A DNA stretch of 63,911 nt from a bacterium (GCA_040752695.1 JBFMGO010000022.1:1-63911), one strand, 5' to 3'; counted from the first letter of the stretch, positions 24,801 through 33,353 are shown. The notes: a model not told the origin generated them from the letters alone. A program made the numbers and translations.

Positions 24801-25944
24801 GTGGGAGGCGTCTTTGGACAGCAGGGGAGGCAGGAGAAAAGACGAACACCAGAAGATGCCTGATCATGGATGCGCAACCGGGGGTGGGGAATACTCCTCC
24901 AGGGCTCCGGAGAAAGAGGTAAGGGGGATGGTTTTTCCCCTCTTTGCGCCGGGAATCGCTTTTCCTCCGAACGAGGAAGGCGTGATCGAGATTGTACGGG
25001 AACTGGATACGGCCAGGGACTTGTACCTCTGGGACCACCGTCTGGACGGGAAGCCCGTTTTACCCATGACCATGGCGCTTGAATTGATGGTGGAAGTTGC
25101 TTCGCTTGGGTGGCCTGATTGGTACATAGATCATATCAGTGATCTGCGTGTATGGCAGGGAATCATTGTTTCCAAACCTGCCAAAGTACGTATCGTAGCC
25201 ACTCCCTCCAGAAGTCCAGGGGAAGCCGGAGCCCAGATGGTGCTCAAGGTGGAAATACAAAATACGGATAAAGTCCCGCGATGCCACTACAGCATTGTCA
25301 TGGAGATGACAAGGCTGTCATCGGCTCCTGAAGGGGGAAGGGATAATGGTGATGAGAGTGCAGCGCACGTGGCACCTTCCATCCAGCTTGACTGGCAGCC
25401 GCCAGCTCTTCTGGATGCCAGGCCATTTCCCATGAGCATCGAGGATGCGTATCAAAAGATGCTGTTTCATGGCCCCCTGATGCAGGGTATTACCGAAGTG
25501 CATGAAATCGGTATTAATGGTATCGATGGAATATTGGTTCCTTCCGATCCCCGGCAGCTTTTGACTGGCAGTCCTTCGGGAGATTGGCTGATCGACCCGG
25601 TGATCATGGATAGCGGATTGCAAATGATTATCTTATGGTCAAGAACCTATTGGGATATGATGCCCCTTCCTTCGCGCTTCCGGCGTTTTCGGATCAGTGC
25701 TCCCCTCTCCGGCAAGACACAGCCCTCCCACAAAGGGGGGAGGGAAGATCACCGCCGGATACACTTTAGGGGCCGGATCTTACCTCAGTCCGTTGGCGGC
25801 AGCTCCCTGGCAAATGGAATCCTCCATGCGGATCTGGCCTTTTTCAATGAAGAAGGGGTCTTGATCGCCTTACTGGAAGATATGGAAGCTGCCTGCAGCA
25901 GGGCTCTGAACCGGCTGGCTGAAAAGGCAGAGCGGATCGGTTGA
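15823..25944 (+). CDS. PfaA-like type I PKS 1: ER(FabK-like, degenerate)-ER(FabK/PfaD-like)-KS-AT-ACP-KR-DH
   Basis: Two TIM-barrel segments (KGHEAGGK; PIVQGPM...EGLECGGH...FAGGIHD); KS DAACASS (Cys 18919), HGTGT, KSMIGH; AT GHSYG (Ser 20581), AFHS; ACP LGIDSIKRVE (Ser 22798); KR TGGARGIT and YAAANE; DH HRLDGKPVLP and DSGLQ. ATG 15823 has a GAGGG SD; the ORF track starts at 15805. Confidence 0.93.
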   Translation: MRTFRMIVLTPAGKPEPSLAIAASRAGELGVLNLEYSRSLPTARESIEHLTRHSRCDFGIKLDGQSGDFLFEMSSYLAEFMPERLHYIILTSGPIQNLRKFMRTFHDLGLFIFYESICLRQAQIGKELGADGIIVKGHEAGGKVGEETSFVLLQKVLSSLSLPVFVHGGVGLHTAVSCYAAGAEGIVLDSQLLLTRESPLPKEVKFRLASMDGSEVTCLGERLGAPYRVYSRPNLPILKELQAQEERLCRNDSLHSPSTVANVYDRLSTWRELICQQVGWQSLEKDLFILGQDVSFASSLARRFGTVGGILQGIRQSIDSHLRAVMHSSSSLTDESTAAAGMAGDKEEVQAEDAVSRDADAECGMEDTGSLEWETTNRAINFPFREGSKLARSHGTRYPIVQGPMARISDVPEFATQVAAKGALPFIELAMMRGKNAKSLLERCEKALSGLPWGVGILGFIPLDLFKEQGEAIMAHRPKFVLIAGGKAEQVKSFERQGIPTYIHCPSPGMLKLFLREGLKRFIFEGLECGGHLGPRSSFTLWESSLEVLLDFLGNRQQGQGAGTGPALQSSSADASAYQVLFAGGIHDARSSLMVSVLAAPLAELGVQVGVQIGSAYLFTEEAVSSGAIVREFQQQALASRGTIRLETGHGYVTRCLSTPFTQLFIQERQKMLSEGRSVEEIRNALEELNLGRLRIAAKGIDRSPGGGADPSYVPVSGEDQKERGLYMIGQIAALRDQINTIQELHQSICRGGEEELRKLVHGTWSRVYGSPKDTGSWQPVTASEYPALDGQHSNFRNPPVAIIGMACILPKAPDVRTYWSNILDRVNAIEEIPPDRWDWRLYYHTDRKAKDKIYSRWGGFIDDVPFDPMDYGMPPNTLRSIEPLHLLTLEVVREAMKDAGYLNRSFNRDRTSVILGAGGGVADLGITYSIRSFLPLMEHMSALRAPDGPAHDKAMFDAEKLIARLNSTFSNPPPVGENAKGAGQRAVSDHGRPFFPEWTEDSFPGILMNVAAGRVANRFDLGGANFTVDAACASSMAAVYLAMKELQTYSSDMVVVGGSDTMQNPFTYLCFSKTQALSPTGQSRPLDESADGIVLGEGVAIVVLKRLEDAERDGDRIYAVIKAVGSSSDGRDKCLTAPRPEGQIQALRRAYAQAGVSPATIGLIEAHGTGTVAGDRAEVQALSKVFKDASARRQSCAIGSVKSMIGHTKCTAGVAGLIKVALALKTKVLPPTLGVNQPNRKANFEQSPFYVNTEARPWLNAAESKEAGSRACPHPRRAGVSAFGFGGTNFHAVLEEYIEDLPRQVPEMLYQKWPGELFLWEAKSKNDLLDLLKTMRKTLDAGAGTSADLAKGHGRPLTAAPFAPSTLADLASSQWEQMKSVMKSSSMVTEGSIAAKETPAASQRPSNGFRLAVVATSIEDLQKKIEKSIEVLSSAENDSQKPASGNRIYDYYDPRGIYLAGPTRRVAGKIAFLFPGQGAQYPGMAKDLVLHFPEARSCFERVDQIYSRIYSMNANACKSGNPAADPEKLSDYIFPLPAFSEEDTASQKKNLTRTSIAQPAIGAVSMALCHVLRGLEVYPDMTAGHSYGEYVALWAAGALSEESLLRVSEARGRIIEEAQGVGSADTGTMAALRASEEAIPELIAGIKDVWIANYNSPQQIVISGTKPAVQKVIDRCAGRGIEARMLDVSCAFHSPLVTPAREKFAEFLSTLPLNEPEIAVYSNTTAYPHSTDPARIKDQLVRHLVSSVRFRHEIEAMYESGARIFVEVGPRSILSRLVTQIFPAACDSEKDSEKSSAKGEVQGSEKSAGRRPQDAHSVIGALPSLTADGQDRPILSIALDQPGRPGLLQLQHCLGQLFVQGASMNLDRLHSGRNANDMDWIRPGHRSSGRTFTPTTWFIRGDRIHPLQQKVVRNSRPLGRHFQETGNGEARREMPPKAAGSEKSSTGYEVRQAEQIARHTAQDLQSSITAKGKGHFYASREEMPKEAVENRMRNVECAMQDAENRSQHPAPGNQAAQERDKNMALHEEATQDKSRGNQKAVFDRTDNAGAEKRQGQTQGPFHLHGQHPRSDAGAFGGESLTRSFPQGDFPAIADGSRIADGEPSHQLGGESQKGYFMPAAEDQVMIQFQEIMTRFLDTQKEIMLRYIQNRGQDSATGTGCYPYPSSGTALTEPWAGRDAHGSRVERANDKTLMPDTGYLPLDQGSQESFSGGQAFDASSPAPEAGYPTAAFDHQAPGHSHLTPHVDEQPPKSSYQAPDASFKAPKTDEQEFETSSIQTDGAQESEKLNEEKIRDVLLNIVSERTGYPHEMLDLNLNMEADLGIDSIKRVEILGSFQREFSASMGQSMEQDMESLSGAKTLQEIIDWVVRKTPQTDADISHSLSGPDNSPGESTVPEDPVPDAGYAESSKETSPDAGGIQRYILEKVEFPCICQGQAVLDKSRVVVITEDQERKLARCLADALKGQGYEVALIRMANAKEEHEPEHLSHASEALGNVPVYGADLGSCESVEAVLNIIRQKQGRIGGLIHLYPFASSGQALSQMDLSQWRQRLRLEVKSLFYCARALEPDLRMETSGQHPETMLMAVTSMGGLFGSVPTYSDRTFSPSQGGCAGLIKSLKAEWPEVNLRAVDLDPREDADRLVHYLLKEMHCRGEGASYVEAGYWRGSRFTLRPKAAPLKPHGSASLSKNREGEGQPGFAIESSWVILVTGGARGITADVTRELARRYRPVLILAGSSPLPKEEEDFLTTGSLQEVKSRVIQRMKQEGEEVTPARVEARYRNLCKAAEIRASIGAIKKQGARVHYYQVDVRDDKALAGFIDHLYETFGRIDGVIHGAGIIEDKLIKDKTVESFDRVFDTKVDSAFVLSRKLRFDSLKFLVFFSSVAARFGNRGQADYAAANEVMNKLAIYLDDGLAVLPPGQNYSSQGDRSANFPRIVSINWGPWENSNMVPPALQAEFLKHGVQLISRSFGPMLLDQELHYGREGEIILGGGGWEASLDSRGGRRKDEHQKMPDHGCATGGGEYSSRAPEKEVRGMVFPLFAPGIAFPPNEEGVIEIVRELDTARDLYLWDHRLDGKPVLPMTMALELMVEVASLGWPDWYIDHISDLRVWQGIIVSKPAKVRIVATPSRSPGEAGAQMVLKVEIQNTDKVPRCHYSIVMEMTRLSSAPEGGRDNGDESAAHVAPSIQLDWQPPALLDARPFPMSIEDAYQKMLFHGPLMQGITEVHEIGINGIDGILVPSDPRQLLTGSPSGDWLIDPVIMDSGLQMIILWSRTYWDMMPLPSRFRRFRISAPLSGKTQPSHKGGREDHRRIHFRGRILPQSVGGSSLANGILHADLAFFNEEGVLIALLEDMEAACSRALNRLAEKAERIG

Positions 25945-26309
25945 ATTTTTTTTTTGCCGGGTGGAGAGAGGAAGGGGTAAGAATGCGGCAGGCAGAAAAA
26001 GGTGTGGAGGGACGCTTTACGTGACTGCCATCGAGAATGAGAATTCGGGAGTCAGATGGGAATATGAGGTCGGCATCTTCAAGATAAAGTGGGTAAAAAG
26101 AGAGAGGATTAAGGATGCTTCCTCTTGTTCCTTTTTTGGAGGAAGCAAGCAGCCGAGAAGACTGCAAGTCAGGAGGAAAACCGCCTTCGATGATCGACGA
26201 CGGGTTGTGGATTTCTGTTTTACTCCGATTCCTGCTGGATTCTGGTTCCTGCTTTACCGTGAATCCTGCTTTATTCTGAATCCTGTTCCTTAAAAACAGA
26301 GCGGATGAG

Positions 26310-29300
26310 GTGATGATAATGAGTATAGCTAGCGCCTGCGGCAATAGCGAAAATAACGAAATCGATAGCGCCAGGAATAAAGCTGACAGGCGGGGTTTTC
26401 CAGCCCTGCATCCGAGAGGAGCAAAAGACCCCGCCTGTCTATCCAGGCTGACGACCGTCCGGGGTGATGTAGCCATCATAGGCATGGCCTGTATCTTTCC
26501 CGGAGCGCCGGATCTTCGGGCCTACTGGCGTAACATTCTTTCCAAAACGGATGCGGTTATCGATGTTCCTCCCGGACGGTGGGATTCTGGATTGTATTTT
26601 TCGGAGGATGCGAACGATATCAATAAGGTTTATTGTAAGCGTGGCGGATACCTGGATGAATGTATGAACTTTGACCCTTTAAGACATGGGGTGATGCCGC
26701 TTGGCGTAGAGGGAGGGGAACCTGATCAGTTTCTGGTTTTACAGGTAGTTCAAGAAGCCCTCGAAGATGCCGGGTATGGAGACAATGGATTGCTGTCGCT
26801 GAATGCGGGCAGCCACCATCCGGCATCAGGCAGACAGAATCCTGAATCCGGCAGACAGGAGGCAGCGGACAGCGCCCGGCATCCAGGTAAAAGCCAAAAG
26901 CGGCAACAGGCACCTGGCAACCAGAAAACGGAATTTATCCTTGGCCGGGGAAATTATCTGGGTGTGGGAGCCTCTAACCTTATCCAGAGGAGTATCGTTA
27001 CCGAGCAGACCCTGCAGATCCTGAAAAGCCTTCATCCGGAGTATACAAAAGAGGATCTGGCCGGGATACGACGGGAACTTTTGGCTGGTCTGCCACGGTT
27101 CAGTGCCGACTCCGCCCCTGCCTTTATCCCCAACCTGACGACGGGCCGGGTAGCGAACCGGCTGGATTTCATGGGGCCGAACTTCACGGTGGATGCAGCC
27201 TGCGCCTCTTCCCTGATTGCCACGGAAATCGGTGTCAATGACCTTTTGACCGGAAAATGTGATCTGGCCATTACCGGCGGAGTTCACATATTCGCCAATG
27301 TACCCTTTTTGCTCATCTTCTGTGCTTTTCAGGCCATGTCATTAAGCTCCCGGATTCGCCCCTTCGATCAGGATGCTGATGGAACGCTTCCCGGTGAGGG
27401 TGTGGGAGTAGTGGTCCTCAAGCGGCTGGCCGATGCCGAACGTGATGGAAATCGCATCTATGCCGTCATCAAGGGGATCGGAACAGCCAGCGATGGCCGA
27501 GCGGTCAGCGTGGTTGCCCCGCGTCTTGAGGGTGAGGAACTGGCCCTGCGCCGGGCGTATGAGATAGCTGGAGTATCTCCCCGCACCGTGCGGCTGATAG
27601 AGGCCCATGGTGTAGGCACTCCCGTCGGGGATGTAATTGAGGTCCAGGCCATGAGGCGGGTTTTTGGCGAGCGCGGGAGGTCAGGCCCCCGGTGCGCTCT
27701 TGGGACCGTCAAGTCCATGATCGGTCATGCCATGCCTGCCGCCGGGATTGCCGGATTGATCAAGGCTTCCCTCTCCCTTTATCATAAGGTGCTGCCCCCT
27801 ACCATCAACTGTGAGAAAGTCAATCCGAAGCTGGAGATCGAGAAGACGCCCTTTTATGTGAATACCGAAACCCGCCCCTGGATCCATGGAGAAAAGGATT
27901 TTCCCAGAAGGGCAGGAGTAAACGCCTTCGGTTTCGGAGGCATCAATGCCCATGCGGTCCTCGAAGAATATACCGGGAGCCGGAGAGCAAAAGGTAGGAG
28001 TCAAAAGCCGGGAGTCAGAAGCCAAAAGCCGCAGGCCGGCCTTCAGCCTCCCGGATCCGCACCACAGAGGCAGATGGAGCCGGATTCTTTCCTCACTGAG
28101 CCGGGGCGGAATCAGCCCATGGAGAGTGCCTCTTTGGAAAGTACTCCCTCCCAGTGGGAAACGGAGGTGTGTATCTTCGGTGGAGAATCACGTCCGGAAT
28201 TAATCCGGCAAGTACAGGGCGTTCAACGGTTTTTGAAGCTTTCTCCTCATGCACTCAAGGATCAAAAGACGCTGCTGCGGGATGTGGCCTTCAGTCTCAG
28301 CCAGGCCCTTGAACAGGGACAAAAGGCGCATGATCTGCACGGGCAGAATAAGGACAACAGGTCCCATGACGGGCATGCACCTTTTACAGGGGCGAAAGGC
28401 TCTGAGCTTTCCCTTAAAACAGCATCAGGCGAAAGCCCGGCAAGGCCCTTCCGCCTGGCTGTCGTTGCTGCAACGATCGAGGATTTGCAGCGCAAACTGG
28501 ACTATGCACAAAGAAGGCTTTCCGATCCGGCCTGTCAGCAAATCAGGGACGTGCAGGGAATTTATTTCTTTGCTACTCCGTTCAGCAAAGAGGGGAAGAT
28601 CGCTTTTCTTTTCCCTGGCGAGGGCTCTCAGTATGTGAATATGCTGGCTGACCTGTGCATCTATTTCCCGGAGGTTCGCGCCTGTTTTGATCGCACCGAC
28701 CGGATACTCGGAGAGCAGAGCCAGGTCGATGCTTGTTCCCACCCATCTCAAAGTCATCCGCAGGAGGATAGCGGGAAGCCTTTGCCGGATGACCTCATTT
28801 ACGAAGAAAGCGGGAATCCTGAGGCGGATGGGGATTTACCTAGCTTTAATATTTTCCCTCCTCCTTCTTTTTCCAGCCTGGATCGTGTAGCAGCCGCAGA
28901 TAGACTCTTTCGAATGGACCGGGCCACGGAGGCTGTCCTGACCGGCAATCTGGCCATGCATACCCTTTTGACCTCCCTGGGGATCAGGCCCGACCAGATG
29001 GCGGGGCACAGCGCGGGAGAATGGTCTGCCATGGTTTTTTCCGGCATCATCGATGCCGACGAATTTCTCCATAACACAGGCAGGTTGAACCGGATTTACC
29101 GGAAATTATCTCTTGACCCGGATATCCCGAAAGCCACCCTGATCGCTGTAGGCGCCGGATTGTCTCAAATCACTCCCATTCTCGGTCAGCTCCATGGTAT
29201 CACTTCGAATACGGCTGCCGTCACACCATGCAGCGGCATAGGCAGGGAAGGATCACTGCACCATGGCGGCGCTGGTGGTTTTCAGCCTGGGAATGATGAG

Positions 29301-32300
29301 CACCCAAAGGTTAACCGCTCCATGCAGAATCAGACATTACTCTATGTAGCCGACGATAATTGCCCTCATCAAGTCGTGATTGCCGGAGAAGAGCAGGCAG
29401 CGGAGGAGGCTGTCCGGCTTTTACGCGCCGCCGGTATACAATTCGAAAAACTGCCCTTTAACCGCGGTTACCATACTCCGTTATTTGCTCCGATTTGCCA
29501 GCACTTGCGGGAATATTTCTCCTCTTTCTCGCTCTCTTCCCCTCAGGTCGAGGTCTATTCCTGTACCACGATGACCCCGTATCCGAAGGAAACGGAAGAG
29601 ATATTGGAGTTGGCCGTAAAAACCTGGGTCATGCCTGTGGCCTTTCGCCAGACCATCCTGAATATGTACGATTCCGGAACCCGGATTTTTATCGAGGTAG
29701 GTCCGCGAGGAAACCTCACCGCCTTTGTCGAAGACATTCTGCGGGGAAAGAAGCATCTGGCCATAGCCTCGAATGTCTTGAGGCGGTCCGGTATTACCCA
29801 GCTCAATCACCTGGTGGGCCTTCTGAGCGCTCAAGGGGTCGGTCTGAATCTTGGATATTTATATCGATACCGCTCACCTCGCCTGATTACCTGGGCAGAA
29901 GATGCGGGCAGTGAGGATATGGCCGATGAACATGATTGTTTAACCCCGGAGGGGGATACCGGCATCAGGCGGAAGTCTTCAGCCAATGAGGGAAAAATTC
30001 GAAAGCAGGTGTCAAAAAGTACGCCTAAAGGAGTAGAACTCAAGTTGCCCCTTGGGCTGTATTCTTTAACGGTAAAGGAAAGAAAGGCTAAGTCATCGGC
30101 CAACCAGATGGAAAGTGCTGACGGAAAGAAGGTACATGCTGACGGAAAAAGAATGCAGGATACTCCAGAAAGACAGATGCTCGATGCCGGACACCGGATG
30201 CCGGATACCGAAAGCGGGCAACCAGTCGCCGGAACCAGGCATCCGGAAAATCCCATCCAGGAACCGGGATTCGGAAGACCCCATCCGGAAACCAGGCCGC
30301 AGTATCCAAAAACCGTAGCCTCCGACGGGTTCAGGGCAGCGGATGTTCCCCGCTCTTTTCCCGAAAGCAAGAACTTGTGCCCAGCTCCTTCGGGCTTTGT
30401 GATGCAGGAGTATCTTAAGACCATGGGCCGCTTTCTCGATACTCAAAAAGAGATGATGAACGCTTACCTGCAACAGAAAGGGAAACTCTGGCAGGCAGGC
30501 ATACCTGCCCGGCAGGCACCCTCTTTTTCAGATCAGATGAAGGATACCGGATACCCGGTGCCCGATCCCCGAAACCATCTGCCTGAGCCTCAAAACCAGC
30601 ATTCAGCAGCCAGTTCCCTGCATCCTCCTGAAGCCGGCATCCAGTTACCGGCTGCTGCCGGCCGTGAGCATCCTTTTGCCAGTGAACAGCCATCATATGA
30701 CAGCATCCAGCATCAGGAAACTAGCCATCAGCTCCCGGCTGCCAGCATCCCGGATCAACCGCCGGGCACTCAAGCCCCGGCACCCGGCCTATGGAACACT
30801 GAATTGAGCATCACGGATCCCGAATCCAGCACTCCAAAAACCGATGAACAGCCTCAGTACGGGCAGGCATCAGCCAATGCCATGACAGAGGGAGAACTCA
30901 CCCGGATCATGCTCGAGTTGATCAGCGAAAAAACCGGGTATCCGATCGAGATGATCGACGTAAACCTGGATATGGAAAGTGATTTGGGAATCGATTCCAT
31001 TAAGAGGGTGGAGATTATCGGATCCTTTCGCAGTCAGTATGCCCAATTGGAAGAGGATGACATCGAGGCGATCTCAAGCCTGAAAACGATACGGCAAATA
31101 ATCGACTTCTTAGGGAAAAAAATGGAAACCGCAGCTCAGCCGGCCGAAGGAGCGGCAGCCGATGCTCAGGAGTCAATGGCGGGCCAGCAGTCATCGAATC
31201 CGAAACCACCCGGAGCCATCACCCAGGCACCAGAATCCAGCTCCCTGCAATCGAAATCCGGCTTTCAGACCCCAGCCGCGGAGAAGCGGCGGGACGGGGT
31301 TCTTCCCTTTACCGGGACGGTTACAGATTTAAAGCCTGGCAAAAGCGTTACTCTTTTGAGACAGGTGGATTTATCTGAGGATCTTTTTCTGGATGATCAT
31401 CGGTTTGGGCAAAAGATTTCCGAATTAGATGACTCTTTAGGTGCCCTGCCTGTGGTTCCCATGACCGTAAGCATTGAGATAATGGCTGAAGCCGCATCTT
31501 TGCTGTTCCCCGGGCAGAAGCTGATCCGGGCTGAACGGATAGGTGCCAGCCAATGGATCTGTCTGGAAAAGGAGGAGCCTGTAACCTTGAGTATCAAGGC
31601 TGAGGTTACAGCCCCCGGAGAGGCTCTGGTTCAGATCGGCATCATTCGTTCAGGTCTTCAGGAAAAGCCCCGGCAGCAGGTGGTTTCAGGGCGGATGATT
31701 TTCGGACAGGCATACCCTTCTCCGCCCTCCCTGGCTGAGTTTATCCTTCAGGATGAGCGGGTGCCTTCCCATACGGCAGAGCAGGTTTACAGCGAGCACC
31801 GGATGTTTCATGGCCCGAGGTTTCAGGGAATTGCTTCCATGGACAGCGTCGGGAGGAACGGCCTCAAGGCGCACCTTAAAACCTCTCCCGCATCATTCCT
31901 GCCGAAGATGGAAGACGCATCGGGAGAAATCGCCTCTTACGGCACGCTTGGCAGCGGATTTTTCCGGTCCTGGCCGGTACCGCGGCTTTTGACCGATCCC
32001 TTTTTGCTGGATGCGGCAGGACAGTTAGTAGGATATTGGCCGGTAGAGTATCTGGACAGCGGATTCGTCATTTTCCCGATTGCCCTTGAGGCTCTCTGCA
32101 TTTATGGGGACACTCCTCCTCCTCTCTCGTGCCTCAGGACCCGGATGCGGCTTCGGGAAGTAACCAATACGCAGGTACGGGCCGATCTGGATATTCTGAA
32201 CGATGACGGACAGGTATGGATGCAGCTGATCGGCTGGGAGGATTGGCGTTTTTACTGGTCCAGGCAACTCTATGATTTTTGGAGATTTCCGAATCGCGGT

Positions 32301-33353
32301 TTTATCGGCCAGATCACAGAGCTTCAGGTCAAAGCGACCGGCTATGGAGCAGAATACATTCAAGGGACAAAAGCGGACCAAGGGACAAAAGCCTTGTCAA
32401 TTTCCCTGATTCAACAATTCTGGCGGGGTGAAGCCGATATGTTCAGGGATGTCATGGCGTATATGATACTCAGTCGCCGGGAAAGAGAGATTTACCATCG
32501 CCTTCCCTCGGTGAAGGAGCAGGGAAACTGGCTGCTTGAGCGAATGGTGGTCAAAGATGTCATTCGAAATTTTTTGGAAAAACATGGGCAGGGAGTCAAC
32601 CATCACGCCCGGCAGGAGGCAATAGCCTATGCCCGGCAGGGAGATGCGGAGTATTCGCCGGCGGGTATTGAAGTCTCTGCGAGTGACCATGGGAAGGATT
32701 TTTATCCGGCGGATATCAGCATCGGAGAAAATGACCGGGGACAGCCGGCAGGGGAGGGGAAATGGGTACATGAGGTATGTGAAGTTCCTTCTTTCTCGTT
32801 TGCGCATACGGACAATGCAGCCGTAGCAGTGGCAGCCGGAGCAGGACTGGCTGTTGGGGTCAGCATCGGATCACTGAATGACGGGTGCCGGATGCCGGAT
32901 GCCGGACGCTCCGCACCGGTGACGGAGACGGATGGTGCTCTGGTTGCAGGAAGCCGCCTGAAAGCCGCCGGCAGCAAGACCAAAAATCCGTGCACTTTTC
33001 TCACCCCTGAAGAGGTCGCACTTTTGTCCGGTCTTTCCGATAGATCCAGGCTAGCAGAAATAGCCATGAGAATTCGATGTGCCAAGGAGGCAGTCATAAG
33101 AGCCCTTGGCCGCAGGGGTGAAGGCAGGGATATTATTGTTCAAGAGTTTGATCTGCACACAGGAGGCATGAAAGTATCTCTTGAGGGGGGGCACGAATTT
33201 CATTCCGTGAACGCTCCTCGGGCAGCAGGCATGGAAGACGGAAAGGTCGAGGAGACCGGGAAAAGGCCCATCCGGGTACATACCGCTCTTGAGCGGGAAT
33301 ACATCATTGCCATAGCCATTATCGAAAAACAAAGGGTAAAGGAGCCAGGATAA
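26310..33353 (+). CDS. PfaA-like type I PKS 2: KS-AT-ACP-DH-PPTase-like (no KR seen)
   Basis: KS DAACASS (Cys 27201), HGVGT, KSMIGH; AT GHSAG (Ser 29010), GYHT; ACP LGIDSIKRVE (Ser 30996); DH HRFG...LPVVP and LDAAGQ; C-terminal Sfp-like fold (SFAHT...VGVSIG...CAKEA). Start may be 26313 or 26319. Confidence 0.9.
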   Translation: MMIMSIASACGNSENNEIDSARNKADRRGFPALHPRGAKDPACLSRLTTVRGDVAIIGMACIFPGAPDLRAYWRNILSKTDAVIDVPPGRWDSGLYFSEDANDINKVYCKRGGYLDECMNFDPLRHGVMPLGVEGGEPDQFLVLQVVQEALEDAGYGDNGLLSLNAGSHHPASGRQNPESGRQEAADSARHPGKSQKRQQAPGNQKTEFILGRGNYLGVGASNLIQRSIVTEQTLQILKSLHPEYTKEDLAGIRRELLAGLPRFSADSAPAFIPNLTTGRVANRLDFMGPNFTVDAACASSLIATEIGVNDLLTGKCDLAITGGVHIFANVPFLLIFCAFQAMSLSSRIRPFDQDADGTLPGEGVGVVVLKRLADAERDGNRIYAVIKGIGTASDGRAVSVVAPRLEGEELALRRAYEIAGVSPRTVRLIEAHGVGTPVGDVIEVQAMRRVFGERGRSGPRCALGTVKSMIGHAMPAAGIAGLIKASLSLYHKVLPPTINCEKVNPKLEIEKTPFYVNTETRPWIHGEKDFPRRAGVNAFGFGGINAHAVLEEYTGSRRAKGRSQKPGVRSQKPQAGLQPPGSAPQRQMEPDSFLTEPGRNQPMESASLESTPSQWETEVCIFGGESRPELIRQVQGVQRFLKLSPHALKDQKTLLRDVAFSLSQALEQGQKAHDLHGQNKDNRSHDGHAPFTGAKGSELSLKTASGESPARPFRLAVVAATIEDLQRKLDYAQRRLSDPACQQIRDVQGIYFFATPFSKEGKIAFLFPGEGSQYVNMLADLCIYFPEVRACFDRTDRILGEQSQVDACSHPSQSHPQEDSGKPLPDDLIYEESGNPEADGDLPSFNIFPPPSFSSLDRVAAADRLFRMDRATEAVLTGNLAMHTLLTSLGIRPDQMAGHSAGEWSAMVFSGIIDADEFLHNTGRLNRIYRKLSLDPDIPKATLIAVGAGLSQITPILGQLHGITSNTAAVTPCSGIGREGSLHHGGAGGFQPGNDEHPKVNRSMQNQTLLYVADDNCPHQVVIAGEEQAAEEAVRLLRAAGIQFEKLPFNRGYHTPLFAPICQHLREYFSSFSLSSPQVEVYSCTTMTPYPKETEEILELAVKTWVMPVAFRQTILNMYDSGTRIFIEVGPRGNLTAFVEDILRGKKHLAIASNVLRRSGITQLNHLVGLLSAQGVGLNLGYLYRYRSPRLITWAEDAGSEDMADEHDCLTPEGDTGIRRKSSANEGKIRKQVSKSTPKGVELKLPLGLYSLTVKERKAKSSANQMESADGKKVHADGKRMQDTPERQMLDAGHRMPDTESGQPVAGTRHPENPIQEPGFGRPHPETRPQYPKTVASDGFRAADVPRSFPESKNLCPAPSGFVMQEYLKTMGRFLDTQKEMMNAYLQQKGKLWQAGIPARQAPSFSDQMKDTGYPVPDPRNHLPEPQNQHSAASSLHPPEAGIQLPAAAGREHPFASEQPSYDSIQHQETSHQLPAASIPDQPPGTQAPAPGLWNTELSITDPESSTPKTDEQPQYGQASANAMTEGELTRIMLELISEKTGYPIEMIDVNLDMESDLGIDSIKRVEIIGSFRSQYAQLEEDDIEAISSLKTIRQIIDFLGKKMETAAQPAEGAAADAQESMAGQQSSNPKPPGAITQAPESSSLQSKSGFQTPAAEKRRDGVLPFTGTVTDLKPGKSVTLLRQVDLSEDLFLDDHRFGQKISELDDSLGALPVVPMTVSIEIMAEAASLLFPGQKLIRAERIGASQWICLEKEEPVTLSIKAEVTAPGEALVQIGIIRSGLQEKPRQQVVSGRMIFGQAYPSPPSLAEFILQDERVPSHTAEQVYSEHRMFHGPRFQGIASMDSVGRNGLKAHLKTSPASFLPKMEDASGEIASYGTLGSGFFRSWPVPRLLTDPFLLDAAGQLVGYWPVEYLDSGFVIFPIALEALCIYGDTPPPLSCLRTRMRLREVTNTQVRADLDILNDDGQVWMQLIGWEDWRFYWSRQLYDFWRFPNRGFIGQITELQVKATGYGAEYIQGTKADQGTKALSISLIQQFWRGEADMFRDVMAYMILSRREREIYHRLPSVKEQGNWLLERMVVKDVIRNFLEKHGQGVNHHARQEAIAYARQGDAEYSPAGIEVSASDHGKDFYPADISIGENDRGQPAGEGKWVHEVCEVPSFSFAHTDNAAVAVAAGAGLAVGVSIGSLNDGCRMPDAGRSAPVTETDGALVAGSRLKAAGSKTKNPCTFLTPEEVALLSGLSDRSRLAEIAMRIRCAKEAVIRALGRRGEGRDIIVQEFDLHTGGMKVSLEGGHEFHSVNAPRAAGMEDGKVEETGKRPIRVHTALEREYIIAIAIIEKQRVKEPG

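Noticed and set aside
25844..26485. ORFs between the two PKS genes (110 aa +, 213 aa -)
   Set aside because: Low-complexity, repeat-derived sequence without motifs; the minus ORF overlaps both PKSs.
15823..33353. Canonical PUFA synthase (pfaABCD) or enediyne PKSE
   Set aside because: No tandem ACPs, KS-CLF protein or FabA-type DH pair; the PPTase-bearing protein lacks the KR of PKSE.
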